This document shows positions 27,027 to 40,365 of a stretch of 64,000 nucleotides of DNA, piece by piece. Positions within the stretch are counted from its first letter, which is position 1. Every line of letters begins with the position of its first letter. Made by a program: the position numbers and the translations under genes. Source of the stretch: Podarcis filfolensis (lineage: Eukaryota); the NCBI GenBank assembly GCA_964270895.1, contig OZ185437.1; one strand, 5' to 3'. The notes beneath the pieces are model-generated. The model was not told the DNA's origin and made no database searches. It saw only the letters and a list, made by a program, of their open reading frames with translations.

Positions 27027-27853
27027 TTATATAGTATGCATGTAGATATATATTTTTTTCTCTTTAATACTATTTCAGACCAAGAGACTAGACAGCAACA
27101 TAACTGCAATGGGTTCTGCAATATCTGACATGCAGTATAAATATAGTGACAGCAATTTAGTTGCCTGTATCCCTTAATATATATAAAGAAGTTGAGATTT
27201 TCCAAAGATGATTTGTCTTCCATGTCATAAACAGGCATAACATCTGGGCACCCAGTTTTGCCCTTTAATTAAGGTGTGCTTAATTGCGAGGATAACAACA
27301 TTTTTCTCATTTTGTTTGAGGTTCTATTAGCATTAATGTGTTGGACTGTATTAATGTGTTGAACTAATTGAGATGATCTACTTAAATGAGGCTATCAACA
27401 AATAGCATTAAAATGAGACAGAACAGTTTGGGATATATTGCAATAAAATTAACTGTGGGGAGATAATCAATGTTTTCAGCATTTATTGATTTATTTTAAT
27501 AAATACTCATGAGTCCCCCTACATGGGGCTGTCAAAATAAGCTGCTCTTTATGTATAAACTGCTAAACATACCTGGATATGGTTTATTTACCTCAATGAA
27601 ATTCAGTGAGATAGTGATAACTCTGAGTATACATTGCTAGATGCCCTAGATAGCAGGCATCAATTTATTTACTATGTCCAAAAGTAAATTAGAAAAGGAA
27701 ATAAGCAATTCCAAGACAGACAGGAACACACTTGGGTTGAGTTAACAAGGTGACACTTCTGAATTAGACTGTGGTTAATGCCCCTTGTTTTCAAGAAAGT
27801 CTAAGAGAGATCAAAGTCCAGTTTTCAAGAAAGGCTAGCAAGTGAGATGCACA

Positions 27854-27968
27854 GGATATTCAACTAAGTTTTACTGAGGGTAGACTTACTAAAATTAACA
27901 GGTTTAATTTAGTCATATTCATTAATTTCAGTGGCTCTACTCTGAGTAAACCTTAGTTGTATGCCACC
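27854..27968. mobile_element. Palindromic MITE
   Basis: caactaagttttactgagggtagac / ctctactctgagtaaaccttagttg arms; homologs at 58063 and 58311. Confidence 0.65.
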
Positions 27969-27984
27969 CATAAAAAGCTTGCCT

Positions 27985-28155
27985 AAACAGAGTCAAACCA
28001 TTCGTCTGTCTACCTTAGCACTGTCTGCACTTACTGGCAGTGGATCTCTTAGGGTTTCAGGCAGGAGTCATTCCCAATCCTAGCTGGAAATGCCAGAGGT
28101 GGAAACTGGGACCATATGTGAGCAAAGCAGACGCTCTACCACTGAACTATGGTCC
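27985..28155 (-). mobile_element. tRNA-derived SINE
   Basis: Ends with a reverse-complement tRNA-like head (gctctaccactgaactatggtcc; ggaaactgggacc B-box-like). Confidence 0.6.
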
Positions 28156-28285
28156 TGAGCTACTGGATGCTGTGTGTCTCAATTCCTTTAATAAGTATGG
28201 TCTTTGCAACACATGCTATCCAAGCAGGTTTTCATTTTGATGACCCAAAACATACTTGATTTTTAAATATGTTGACGGCTTTTTT

Positions 28286-28867
28286 GGTGCATGGAGTTCT
28301 AGAGGATGGTGTGGGACATGTCATGCTCCTTCTGCGGTAGTTTGTCTACCTTTGGTCCCCTCACTGCACTCAGCTCTCACCCGTGACTCCTAGAAGTCAG
28401 CATGCGACAGCAGCCACACCCCAGGAATGGCTTCAACTGGCCATCAAAACCATGTGAGGGTAGCTGATGAGTCTCAAACCCTCGATGAGTTAGGGACGTC
28501 CCCTGCATGTTCTGATGGAGTGAGCAAAAGAGAACAATAGTGGGTCCACCAGCCAAGAAGGTGGTTTCTGCACATACTATACAGGGAAGTGAGAGGTAGA
28601 TAGGGGTTGTCAACCTGGAAAGGTAGCCCATCTAGGAGATGAAAAAACTCTGATCCTAAACTTCCGCTGCCTGGTGGGATATCTTAAGGAGAAGAAAAGG
28701 CTACCTACACAAATCTGGAGTGGAGTTCCTAAGATGGTTGGATGGCACCTAGAATGCCTCCTCCTAGCAACTCCTGCAGCTAAGCCAGACGTATTGCTCT
28801 GCTTTCCCTTGGACCACATCAGTGAGGCCGACAGGGAGGTCTTTTTGTCTGGGCAGCCCAGGTCACC

Positions 28868-28915
<48 letters not shown>

Positions 28916-29115
28916 CCCGCCCATCTGGCTGGGTTCCCCCAGCCACTATGGGCAGCGTCTAACACTACACTAAAATTGGAATAAAACTTCAAACATTAAA
29001 AATTCCCCTAAACAGGGCTGCCCAGGCTTGTGCCCCAGAGAGGTCACTTAGGTGCTGCTAATGCAGAGGTCTCTGGAGTTGCACTACATTGTCTCTCAAG
29101 GCAGGTTGATTCCAA
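28286..29115 (+). mobile_element. Non-autonomous RTE-like retroelement, interrupted by an L2 tail
   Basis: GC-richer non-coding block recalled as a lizard repeat; continuity ccaggtcacccat | ctgcccaggcttgtg across the L2 insert. Family assignment is from memory only. Confidence 0.4.
28871..29022 (-). mobile_element. Short L2 3' fragment with (TAA)n tail
   Basis: (TAA)~14 then accccgcccatctggctggg...aacagggctgcc, homologous to 38601-38763. Confidence 0.85.
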
Positions 29116-29804
29116 CCATGATGAGGGTATGGATATTTTCAGGCATATTCTAGTCAATCCTTTGTTGAATGTCAAATTTGTGCTGTTTTAGGTTTGCTTT
29201 GTGATACAATCTTTGCCTGCAATTTCTGGGATTCATATCATGATGTGAAAGATGTAGAGTTTTGAAACTTCTCATCCTTCTGGAACAATGTATAAGACAA
29301 ACATGGAAAACAAGGATAATCTGGCATATAAAATGCTGATGTAGCAGGATTTCACTCCTTCTCCAAACTCTGTTACAGAGTGCCATATAAAACATTTTTA
29401 CTTTTCTGGGGATGAATGTGTGAGTAATTCTTTAATAGATTTGTTGATGTTGGCTGTTGCTCATTCAATAGCATTGATCCAGAAATGCCAGAGCTTATGA
29501 TTTTGCATAGAGAAGGTTTCCTTCCATTTAGTGAAGATAACACTGGACTCAACACACCAATGGTCTGGCATAGTATAAGGCAGCTTCCTTTGTGGTACTA
29601 TGTGTTTCCTATGTAGTACCTAAGCTTGACCTAAGCCTTTTGACAGAAAATGTTTTTATTTATTTAAGACAATCTTTACCATCCCGGTGCCCTCCAGAGG
29701 TTTTGGATTGCAACTTGCACCAGCCCCAGTCAGCATGGCAAAGTCTGATTTAGGATATTTATAGATTGCCCTTCCTTGGAAAGAACCTAATTCTAAGAGA
29801 TAAA

Positions 29805-30004
29805 NNNNNNNNNNNNNNNNNNNNNNNNNNNNNNNNNNNNNNNNNNNNNNNNNNNNNNNNNNNNNNNNNNNNNNNNNNNNNNNNNNNNNNNNNNNNNNNN
29901 NNNNNNNNNNNNNNNNNNNNNNNNNNNNNNNNNNNNNNNNNNNNNNNNNNNNNNNNNNNNNNNNNNNNNNNNNNNNNNNNNNNNNNNNNNNNNNNNNNNN
30001 NNNN
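29805..30004. other. Assembly gap (200 N)
   Basis: Run of N. Confidence 1.
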
Positions 30005-31632
30005 CTTGTGAGATGATAATGAGAGGAAAGGGCATTAACGTTGTTTCACTGATCAGTAGTGTCCCTCTTCTTATCTTGGAATACAATTCGGCTTTGTGAA
30101 GGAGAGTCCCTCCTTTGAAGGAAAGCTTAATAAGATTTCAAGCTCCCATTTCCCAGCAAGATATGTGAATCTCTATTTGCTCATGAGAAACATTAAGGCA
30201 GCAGCTTCTTTCAGAGAAAAATCATATTTGTTTCATCTGCCATCTGGCATGTCCAAAATAAAATACCGATACATATAAAATCTGAGAAAATGGGAGGGGG
30301 AAACATGATCAGTGACTATAGGCAGCTGTCATAAAATTCCTTTGTCTTGACTATTCATTCTGTAGCTGGAGTTAAAGAACTATCTGAGGGACTTTAGTCT
30401 CCCATTAGCTCAGGCTAAACTTCATTGCAAAAGGAAACATTTAAAGCTTCTTCTTTTTTAAGCACACCCAAAACAGGAAATACTCTTCTGACTTGTCCCT
30501 GTATTTAGAAGAAAGGATGAGATATCAGTTTAATAAAGAAAAACAATCTGGTTGGAACTATTAATGTTTCCCTCATCTAATTTTAAGTTTGACCACCTCT
30601 GTTTCTCAGAATGTATATTTTGGTTCTATTGGCAAGTAGCTTATTTTGTGTTGTTTTATGGTACTTTGTGTTTTATTGTATTTGTATATACTGTTGTGCA
30701 CAGCTTTGATATACTTTTATAAATAAAACTAAAATAACCTGGTTATCTAGTATCTTCAAAAAGAAGAAAACTAGGTAAGTTCTGTCTTCAGCATTATGAG
30801 ACAGCAAACTATACCACATTTAATTGGTTTAGAGATATCTCATCATAGAAGTCTGAGTAAATGACTTCTTAAGTGATCAGATCAATAAGTAATACTCAAG
30901 CCAAAAGACAGATCTCATGGGCACTGAGAATGAAATGTTTTGAACATTCTACACTGATGCAGCTCTTTGTGGGAGTTGCTGGAATTTCTGTTGTTGTTCA
31001 TCGGAGTGAAAGTTGTTAAATAGCTGGAGGGCTGACTTCTCCCTACTTTTACATAAATGAATCTTAGCATTGGAATATGCATACGTATGAGATTTAACTT
31101 GGTCTTTTGTGATGATCCCACCAGGAAATTGGAAAATACCATTATAACTATAGAAAACTTCTGCCCTTTGTTTGACTGTCACACCTAAGTAGCAAAAGAG
31201 ACAGGTTCCCTCAAAGAAGAGGTAAATTATAGGACTCTGTGGCCTTGCAATAAATAAATGTGGAACAATGGGAAGATAAAGAACAAGATTGGGGTGCATT
31301 ATTGGGAAGAGCTTTATAAATATTCATTATCTTTAATATTCACTAACTGCTCTTAAGCCAGAATAGGTTAATTCTTAATAAGAAATACTAAAACCTGTAT
31401 TTTTGTGCATTTTGCACATTAGTCATTCATTAAAAGTTCCACCCCACGTTGGACTGCTGGATGTTCCATGTTAATTAGTTTAAAATTTCAGAAATAATGA
31501 TGGGTATACTATTTGGGTAATTTTATACTGCAAGTTTTCTGAGCAGGAAATTCTGTGTTGATATCATGGTCCCAGAGCAGGAACCCTCAAATGCAGAGTC
31601 CTTGTACTGTGGTTGCTCTAGGGAGAAACAGA

Positions 31633-32423
31633 CAGTGTTGTAGCATTGGGGGGGAGCACAGAGGCGGTTTCCTTTGGCACAAAATTCTTAGGGAGTGCTA
31701 CCCGCGCTATGCCACTGGGCCGCAGTGGTCCTGAAGGTACTGCAAGACTGGGAGGGAAATGACTCCTTTGCCTGGACTGGCAACATATGGAGCATGCAAC
31801 ACGAGCATCTCTCAGGCGTCCAGGTGGGCTCCAAGCAGGAAGGGGAAAGCTGGCCAGGCCCATCCTTGTCAGAATGGAGCACCCTCTAACTGCCTGTCCC
31901 CTTCAGCACCTCAGCTCTGTGTCCTTTGCTCACAGGCACTGCATGCCACATGCTTCTCGTGCCATGACTGGTGCTGGCACTGGGCGTGCCAGGTCACTTC
32001 TGTGCTGGGTGGCCCTCATGGCTCCCTCCTGCTCCCACTTTGGGACAGAAGTGGTCGGGGGCCCTGTAGCACTGCAGAGCCCACAGCCCAGGCTCCTGTA
32101 TGGTAGCAAGCAATCCCAGGCACAGTGGTTAACCACTGCCTAGCAGGGTTGAAGAAGTGGGTGCACGAGCCATGGCTGGCAGCATACTGGTTCCTGGGCT
32201 GGACTGGTAGAGCTTCCTGTGGGTGCACTATGGAGAGCTGAAACGGCTGGAGGGGCTCCAGTTGGGTGGTTGGAGTCCACGTCTGGCACCTCCCAGCTAG
32301 CATCTCAGAGGCTGTGCTAAAAATGAGGGAGGAGGACCCATGGCAACATGCTAGCCCCCTTCCCCATAGGGATGCAACCCCCTTTTGCACCTTGCCCCAG
32401 GTACTGGCAACACTACACCTCTG
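31633..32423. mobile_element. GC-rich putative hAT-like non-autonomous element(s)
   Basis: Degenerate CAGTGGCGTAGC-type termini at 31633, 31717 and 32423; no TSD found; internal ORFs are not recognisable. Confidence 0.35.
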
Positions 32424-32666
32424 GATCCACTTCCTCTTCTTTCCCATGTGGAACTACGGCATTTTATACCACATCTTGTCCTTAAACTCTTAGCTGACAC
32501 CCCCACCACTGGACGCTGAAGACTCCCTGGAGGATTAGGAAAGACCTGAAAAGCTTGAATGAAAGGTTAAAAAGGAAATTCTTCCTGCTTGAAACACCAC
32601 TGCCTAGAAAAGGGTGATAGCTGAAGGAAAAGGCACTGACCATTTAACTAGCCATGTGCATTACTC

Positions 32667-33470
32667 ATGGATGGGATTTTAAATATCAACAACCTCAGAT
32701 ATGCAGATGACACAACCTTGATGGCAGAAAGTGAGGAGGAATTAAAGAACCTTTTATTGAGGGTAAAAGAGGAGAGCTCAAAATATGGTCTGAAGCTCAA
32801 CATCAAAAAAACGAAGATCATGGCCACTGGTCCCATCACCTCCTGGCAAATAGAAGGAGAAGAAATGGAGGCAGTGAGAGATTTTACTTTCTTGGGCTCC
32901 ATGATCACTGCAGATGGTGACAGCAGCCACGAAATTAAGAGACGCCTGCTTCTTGGGAGGAAAGCAATGTCCAACCTAGACAGCATCTTAAAAAGTAGAG
33001 ACATCACCTTGCCAACAAAGGTCCGTATAGTAAAAGCTATGGTTTTCCCAGTAGTGATGTATGGAAGTGAGAGCTGGACCATAAAGAAGGCTGATCGTCG
33101 AAGAATTGATGCTTTTGAATTATGGTGCTGGAGGAGACTCTTGAGAGTCCCATGGACTGCAAGAAGATCAAACCTATCCATTCTTAAGGAAATCAGCCCT
33201 GAGTGCTCACTGGAAGGACAGATTGTGAAGCTGAGGCTCCAATACTTTGGCCACCTCATGAGAAGAGAAGACTCCCTGGAAAAGACCCTGATGTTGGGAA
33301 AGATGGAGGGCACAAGAAGAAGGGGACGACAGAGGACGAGATGGTTGGATAGTGTCTTCGAAGCTACAAACATGAGTCTGACCAAACTGCGGGAGGCGGT
33401 GGAAGACAGGAGTGCCTGGCGTGCTCTGGTCCATGGGGTCACGAAGAGTCGGACACGACTAAACGACTAA
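32667..33470 (+). pseudogene. Stop-free C-terminal part of BovB reverse transcriptase ORF (267 aa, TE-derived; first codons come from flank)
   Basis: YADD catalytic motif; no frameshifts or internal stops. Confidence 0.9.
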
Positions 33471-33484
33471 ACAACAACAACAAC
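32681..33484 (+). mobile_element. BovB (RTE-clade LINE), 5'-truncated
   Basis: NINNLRYADDTTLMAESEEELK...GVTKSRTRLND, stop at 33468-33470, then (CAA)n tail. Confidence 0.97.
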
Positions 33485-36400
33485 CTAGCCCAGACTCTAA
33501 AGCTCCATGGCACTGTTGAAACAACTGGCTCATTTAGGGTAGGAATGCTAACTGTGGTTTTGAACCAGTACCTTGGGCCTTGTCCAAGGTCCTGAGCTTC
33601 CCTTGTTTAATGTTCCCAGCCTGTTCCAGAATCCTGGGCTCTGATCTCTATCTTGCTTGGGCCACCACCTTCCCTTGGTTCTTAAAGCAATCATTTTGAG
33701 GTAGACACTATTACCTCCATTTTGCAGATAAATATTTATTTAGCTCAAGCCAGTAAAGTTATGGTTAAGGTGAGATATGAACTGAAGACTTCCCAGACCA
33801 TGTTCTCAGTAAATACACCAGCTCTAAGATAATTGTTGTTCATATTTCTTTTACAAAAATAATGGATAATAAGAAAGTGTCTTGTTGTTCTGGTGTCAGT
33901 GAACTAATCGGCTTATGAAATGTGCCAGGTTTTTCAAGTGATAAATGATTTCTTTATTGATTTGTGGGTTTTGTTGCTGTTGTTAAAGATATATTGCCAA
34001 AACAGTAAGATTTTTTATTTTATTTTAGAGTAAGCACTTAAAAGCCAATAGATTTCTTGAAACGGGCCATCAGATGCTTTGATGCCCTGGGAATCAGCAA
34101 TAAGATTGAAGATGTAAATTTGAATGGGAAAGATTTAATTAAGTGTGGACAAAGGATTTGGGTGTCTGTAGTTTCTTTGGACAAGGCTGTGATGAATCCT
34201 GAAGCATGGTGCAGAGTCTCATTAGCTGTGTGCCAATCACTTTCAATCATCAGAAAAGGAGTTTGATGTGATTGCCTCCAGCAGAGCACAGAAGGTCAGC
34301 TTGGGCCAATACCCTCAGCTAACAGAAATATAGCAAGTCTAGAGTGTAGCATGACAGCTAGCTCCAATAATCCTGACTCCTGTGTCCAGATGAGTTGCTT
34401 CTTTGGGAGAAGCCTATTGTCGGCTGCTGCCAAAGGCACTTGCCATTTAAACTCCTGCAGCGATTTGATTTGATTATCAGCTGACATTTCCATGATAGCC
34501 TACATGACTTAGCATTATTTAAGGGAAAGGTAAGGTTCAATTAGACGGTTTAAAGGCAAGGACATGGTCTGTGAAGTTGTGTGTATCTAGTTCTGTTTCT
34601 CTGAATGCATCACTGCTCTCTAGGCTTTAATGCAATTTCATTTATTCCTGTATAGATGGGAGCAGAGTCCTACTTCGTGGTATACTAATGGGACTTGTCA
34701 GAACTGAGTGGTTTACTGTTTACTTCCTATGAGGTCAACAATACTGACAGAGGGACAGAGCAATCTTAAATAATTTATTTTACATTTATTTATGGGTTTT
34801 CTCAATGAAAAGCATCCCAGGGAAGTTTCTAAATAACTAATAAAACACAGTTAACATTGGAAGGTGGCGGCTTCCTTGATCCAAAGGCTCAGATGTGTAT
34901 AGGTTTCCCCTGGCTAGCTGTGGGAGAGAATCCTATCAGATGCCCAAGGTTCTTTCCTGTGCTCTAACTGGCAACAAGGAAGCTCCTGGCTGGTTTCTTT
35001 TTGCAACAACACTTTAGTTTTAAACTGACAATCTGCAGGAAGGTGTATGTGCTCTTTTACACATATACAGAACAAATTTAGCAATGCGGGGGGGGGGGGG
35101 GGTAAAGCCGTGGCTCCAATGAAGCTCCCCTGCAATGGATTTCTTCTTCTTCTTCTTAGGTGAAATACAAAATTTTTTCCCCAAAGTAAAATTTCATGCA
35201 CCTAATGTATAACAATGTTGCTAGCTTTTCTAGTAATGCTCCTCAACATGTGAACATAAACATTGATAATGCCATTCCCAAATTGGATGTTATTAAATAA
35301 CTTTTTTTCTGTTTAAATGCCACTGTAGAGGGATTGGAAAAGCTAATTGCAGTATGGAAAATAGTTTTCTGAATCTACTACTGGTTACGTTTTTCAACAG
35401 TGATCACAGAATCTCCCTAACTCTTCATCAGTAAACCACTTAGTTAATTACTTTAGTATTATCTTGCATCTTTGGAGTGTGTATCCTTGGGGTTTGCTTC
35501 TCAGAATTTCTATTCTGTATTTGTTGATCTCTTTTTGGTTGCTATAGCCCATGATTTATGTCTGTTTGGTGAGCACATTCTGTAGAATGTCAAAACTAAT
35601 TGTGCTGTGGACAAGAAGCAGCATTAGAATTGAACAACAAAAAGTCACTGCCTGATATTAACAGATGTTAAAAGCAATAGGCAAGCAACATTATTTGCAT
35701 TTTCTAAGTCAGAATATTAATCCCTCCAGAAGTATCAAAGATTTCTTTAAGATTATGGGAACTCTTTCTTAAAAGAGTCCTTGAGGACTTCTTTCTGCTT
35801 CTGATCAGAGCATGTAGCTGTCATATTGATCAACGTTACATTTCCATGAGAACGAACATTATTGAAAGAACAAAAGTTTGGATAAACTTTGCTTGAAGGA
35901 CTTGACCTTGTGTTCCAAAACCAACTATATTATACTTTTAAGTTTGGTTTTTTTCTGGGCGCACTGATGGTTTACTTGAACTGATTTTTCATTTTAAAAA
36001 TCTCCCCACTATTGGGACTAAAAGGGGAATAGTATCTGAGTATCCAGAGCACTCTTTTAAGAGCTGAACATTAGAATTGGTTCAGCCCACTCCTTGAAAA
36101 TATTTCTGATGTGATATTGGCAATGAAAGTTAGCTTTCAAATGCACAATTTTCATACTTACATGGATGGTTTGGCTCAACTATTTCTGAAAATAGGATTT
36201 TTAAAATATCATAACAACTGAAATTCAAGACCCGAAGTATCTCTTGTAACAGCAGCTAGCACAGCACAGAGAAAGATAAACAGTACACGGACAGACTGCA
36301 GTACAGGTCTTCTCCCATCATATGCCCAAACTAGCCTCAGATTGAAGTGTGACTTGTAGCAATATCTATAATACTAGCAATATCTACTAGTATCCCATTT

Positions 36401-38599
36401 TTGAGTCAATTCAAATCCACCCAGATGTTTGTGGATATTGAATAATACCCCTTCTGTGGGTGGAGAGGCATGCTGGCACTTGGGGAGGCTTTAGCTTTTC
36501 CTAGTTGTGCCAGTGGCCCCAGCTTTGCAGTACCGTAGTTGGTGGAAACCTACACCTAAAACTACACCTAAAACAAGTATAGACTGAAGAAGCCCAGTCC
36601 TCTGACTCTTCAGTGGCACTAATTTGTAGCTGGCATACTGAAAAATCAAGGAGAGTAAGCAATTCCACCCTGAACTGCTGCTCTGATTTGTTGCTGTAAG
36701 TTTGTCAAATATTTTACACAAAGTACTTGCTTGTATCAGTTGTTCTTAATCCTAACTTTTAAAAAGTGAGCTAGTTTTCCAGCTGATGGTCTGCACACTG
36801 TGACTTTTATCTATCTGCCACTTAGGTGGGCATTGCTTTCTCTGAAGCATGACTTTGCTGTGCCCTCTTTGAGTCCCAACATATATTATTTTTACAATAT
36901 TTGCTCCTAGTTTGACATACTGTAGCCACAGCTCTTACATAGAGGTGACCCATAAAGTCGGGGCTTCCAGGTGTTGATGGACTCCAAGTCTCTGCAGCCC
37001 CTGTCAGCTTAGCTAATGACCAGGTTGAATGAGAGTTGTGGTCCAACAACATCTGGAGAGCCATAGGTTCTTCACCCTTGAGTTAAGCAATATACAACTG
37101 AGGAGTGATTAGTGGGAAGGGGCTCCACCACACACCTGGTTTTCCAGCAGTGGAGTTGCTGCTGCTCATCACGAGGGAGAGGGGAACGGGCAACACAACA
37201 GTGAGGCTGGCACTATTTGGCACATCAGTGGGAGCACTGGATTGGATCTGTTGAAGTGCACATGGAGCATCAACCCCTACCACTACCTTGCCTTTCCCTC
37301 CCCAAAAAAGCTGGTGTGATTCCACTGCCAGGAGGCCATCTGTACAGTGGCATCTCGCTTCACTGGTCCTGGTACAATTTATGTTAAAATGACGTGGAAA
37401 CATACAAATTACATAGCTACATCTTTCTGAAGCCATTGGCATTGTTTGGGAAAATTCAAGTTTGAAATTAGTCCTTGGAATAAAAGTGGTTAAAACTCAT
37501 ATAACATAACTAATAGGAGATACATTTGCTGAATCTTTCCTTGATTAAGGAGCTAGATAGTCATCATAATAATAAACTGTACAATTTAACCTTCATGTAA
37601 AGTGCTGATAAATGTATGTTGATGGGTAATTTATATTTGCCACTAATATATGCTTACTTAAATTTTACACTGGTATGAATATTTAGAGAACAATATTCCA
37701 ATGAAAGCAGTTTTGTATACTCCTATAAATTACTTTTTGGTTCCTGTAAATTTTGTCTGATGTCATTATATGGATAATTTGTTCCTTAGTAAAGTAGTTT
37801 GTCAGGTTACGAAACATTAATCCTCCAATAGGTTTTTAATTAGTACAGATGAACTAAATAATTCATAGCACGACTTGGCCTGAAAACATTTATAATACTC
37901 AATTATACAATTTTACATGCAATGACAAATTGTTTTTGTGTAGTGTGGAAACAGTGGGACTTAATTAATTACCTTCAAGGTTCTGGACATCTGCTGTGGA
38001 CTCTTTAAATGCATTAGACTGGAAATTCAGAAGAGCTAAATATAGAGTTGAGACCCTCAGGACTGAGAGACAGGAAGAATGGTTCTAAGAATGAAATGTG
38101 TGTATGAAGGGGTAGAGAGTAACAAAACAGCTAAGGAAAATAATACGTTCCCCGCTTTTCACATCAGAGGGTAGAAAAGGTCTAGCAACACTTAATGTAA
38201 TTAGGAAAATTATTGGTTTGAATGTTTTTAGCCAGCTGATACACATTCTGAGATCCATTTAGTGTGCCTTGTTCACCAGGTCAATATGATTAACATACAT
38301 GAATACTGAAAAAGAATGGCATGGAAGGAAAGAAAGAGGAAACTTAAAGAATAAGCAGGATTGCAATAGATACAAAGAAAGGGGAGGGGAGCAAATTCGA
38401 GACTGTGGACCAACAGAAGGATCCAGCTAATTAGAGAGAAAACCTACACATCCTTGTGATTTGTGCTGCTGGGATGCGATAGGATAAGGGGGCAGCCCAA
38501 ATATTAGCTCTTTCACCTGCACTATTCTTGAACAGCTACAGTAAAAAGTAAAACAATAATTGTTCCCCTTGTATTCCATCCTGGCTAGCAGAAAGGACA

Positions 38600-38600
<1 letters not shown>

Positions 38601-38646
<46 letters not shown>

Positions 38647-40365
38647 TTATTATTTGTACCCCGCCCATCTGGCTGGGTTTCCCCAGCCACTCTGGGTAGC
38701 TTCCATAGAAACCAAAAAACACTAAAATATCACACATTAAAAACTTCCCTGAACAGGGCTGCCTTAAGATGTCTTCTGAATGTCAGGTAGTTGTTTATTG
38801 CTTTGACATCTGATGGGAGGGTGTTCCACAGGGCGGGCGCCACTACCGAGAAGGCCCTCTGCCTGGTTCCCTGTAGCTTTGCTTTTCGCAATGAGGGAAC
38901 CGCCAGAAGGCCCTCGGCGCTGGACCTCAGCGTCCGGGCAGAACGATGGGGGTGGAGACGCTCCTTCAGGTATACTGGGCCGAGGCCGCTTAGGGCTTTA
39001 AAGGTCAACACCAGCACTTTGAATTGTGCTCGGAAATGCACTGGGAGCCAATGTAGGTCTTTCAAGACCGGCGTTATATGGTCTCGGCGGCCGCTCCCAG
39101 TCACCAGTCTGGCTGCCGCATTCTGGATTAGTTGTAGTTTCCGAGTCACCTTCAAAGGTAGCCCCACGTAGAGTGCATTGCAGTAGTCCAAGCAGGAGAT
39201 AACTAGAGCATGCACCACTCTGGCGAGACAGTCCGCGGGCAGGTAGGGTCTCAGCCTGCGTACCAGGTGGAGTTGATAGACAGCTGCCCTGGGTACCTGC
39301 GCCTCCATGGACAGCTGTGAGTCCAAAATGACTCCCAGGCTGCGCACCTGGTCCTTCAGGGGCACAGTTACCCCATTCAGGACCAGGGAGTCCTCCACAC
39401 CAGCCCACCCCCTGTCCCCCTTCTGTCTTGTCAGGATTCAACTTCAATCCATTAGCTGCCATCCATCCTCCAACCGCCTCCAGACACTCACACAGGACCT
39501 TCACCACCTTCACTGGTTCTGATTTGAAAGAGAGGTAGAGCCGGGTATCATCTGCATATTGATGGACACCCAGTCCAAACCCCCTGATGATCTCTCCTGG
39601 CGGCTTCATATAGATGTTAAAAAGCATGGGGGAGAGGACGGAACCCTGAGGCACCCCACAAGTGAGGGCCCAGGGGTCTGAACACTCATCCCCCCCCCCA
39701 CTTTCTGAACACGGCCCAGGAGGAAGGAGCGAAACCACTGTATAACAGTGCCCCCAGCTCCCAGCCCCTCTAGACAGTCCAGAAGTATGTTATGGTCAAT
39801 TGTATCAAAGGCTGCTGAGAGATCCAGCAGAACTAGGAAACAACTCTCACCTTTGTCCCTAGCTCGCCGGAGATCATCAACCAGTGCGACCAAGGCAGTT
39901 TCAGTCCCATGGTGAGGCCTGAATCCAAATGGTCCGCATCTTCCAGGCGTGCCTGGAGTTGTTCAGCAACCACGCGCTCAGTCACGTTGCCCAAGAATGG
40001 AAGATTTGATACTGGGCGATAGTTGGCCATACTGGCCGGGTCTAAAGATGGTTTTTTTAACAAGCGGTTTAATGACCGCCTCTTTCAGCGGATCTGGGAA
40101 TGTTCCCTCACAGAGGAAGCATTCACCACCCCACAGAGCCCATCGCCCAGTCCTTCCCCCGGCTTGCTTTTATTAGCCAGGATGGGCAAGGATCAAGGAG
40201 ACAGGTGGCTGGTTTCACGCGTCCAAGTAGCCTATCCACATCCTCGGGGGTAACGGATTGAAATTGATTCCATGCAACTTGACCAGACAGGGCTCTAGCA
40301 CTCTCCCGTGCTAGCCCTGCTCCCACGGTGGTGTCTAGCTCCTTCCGAATATGAGTGATTTTATG
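38601..40365 (-). mobile_element. L2-clade LINE, 5'-truncated, frameshifted RT
   Basis: Consecutive frames KITHIRKELD / LLDPCPSWLIK / YRPVSNLPFLG / LLDLSAAFDTIDH / GVPQGSVLSP / QYADD / ALWNTLPSDV...REVFNV, with a (TAA)15 tail. Confidence 0.95.
38730..39398 (-). pseudogene. L2 ORF2 C-terminal fragment (222 aa)
   Basis: LDYCNALYVGLP...QNAAARLVTG...LHWLPV, typical of the L2 RT C-terminus. Confidence 0.9.

Noticed and set aside
28351-28361. TTTGGTCCCCT resembling the miR-133 5' end
   Set aside because: Only 11 nt match, it lies inside a repeat, and there is no precursor hairpin.
28610-28973. ORFs with poly-Leu/poly-Asn (also 38427-38790, 12338-12601, 61006-61342)
   Set aside because: Translations of (TAA)n, (GA)n and (ATG)n microsatellites and L2 tails.
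30751-30782. Micro-exon candidate before a strong GTAAGT donor (also 3696-3710 and 4490-4581)
   Set aside because: Acceptors or donors are weak, peptides are unrecognisable, and such sites are common by chance.
32648-33442. 264-aa minus-strand ORF
   Set aside because: Antisense shadow of the BovB RT frame.
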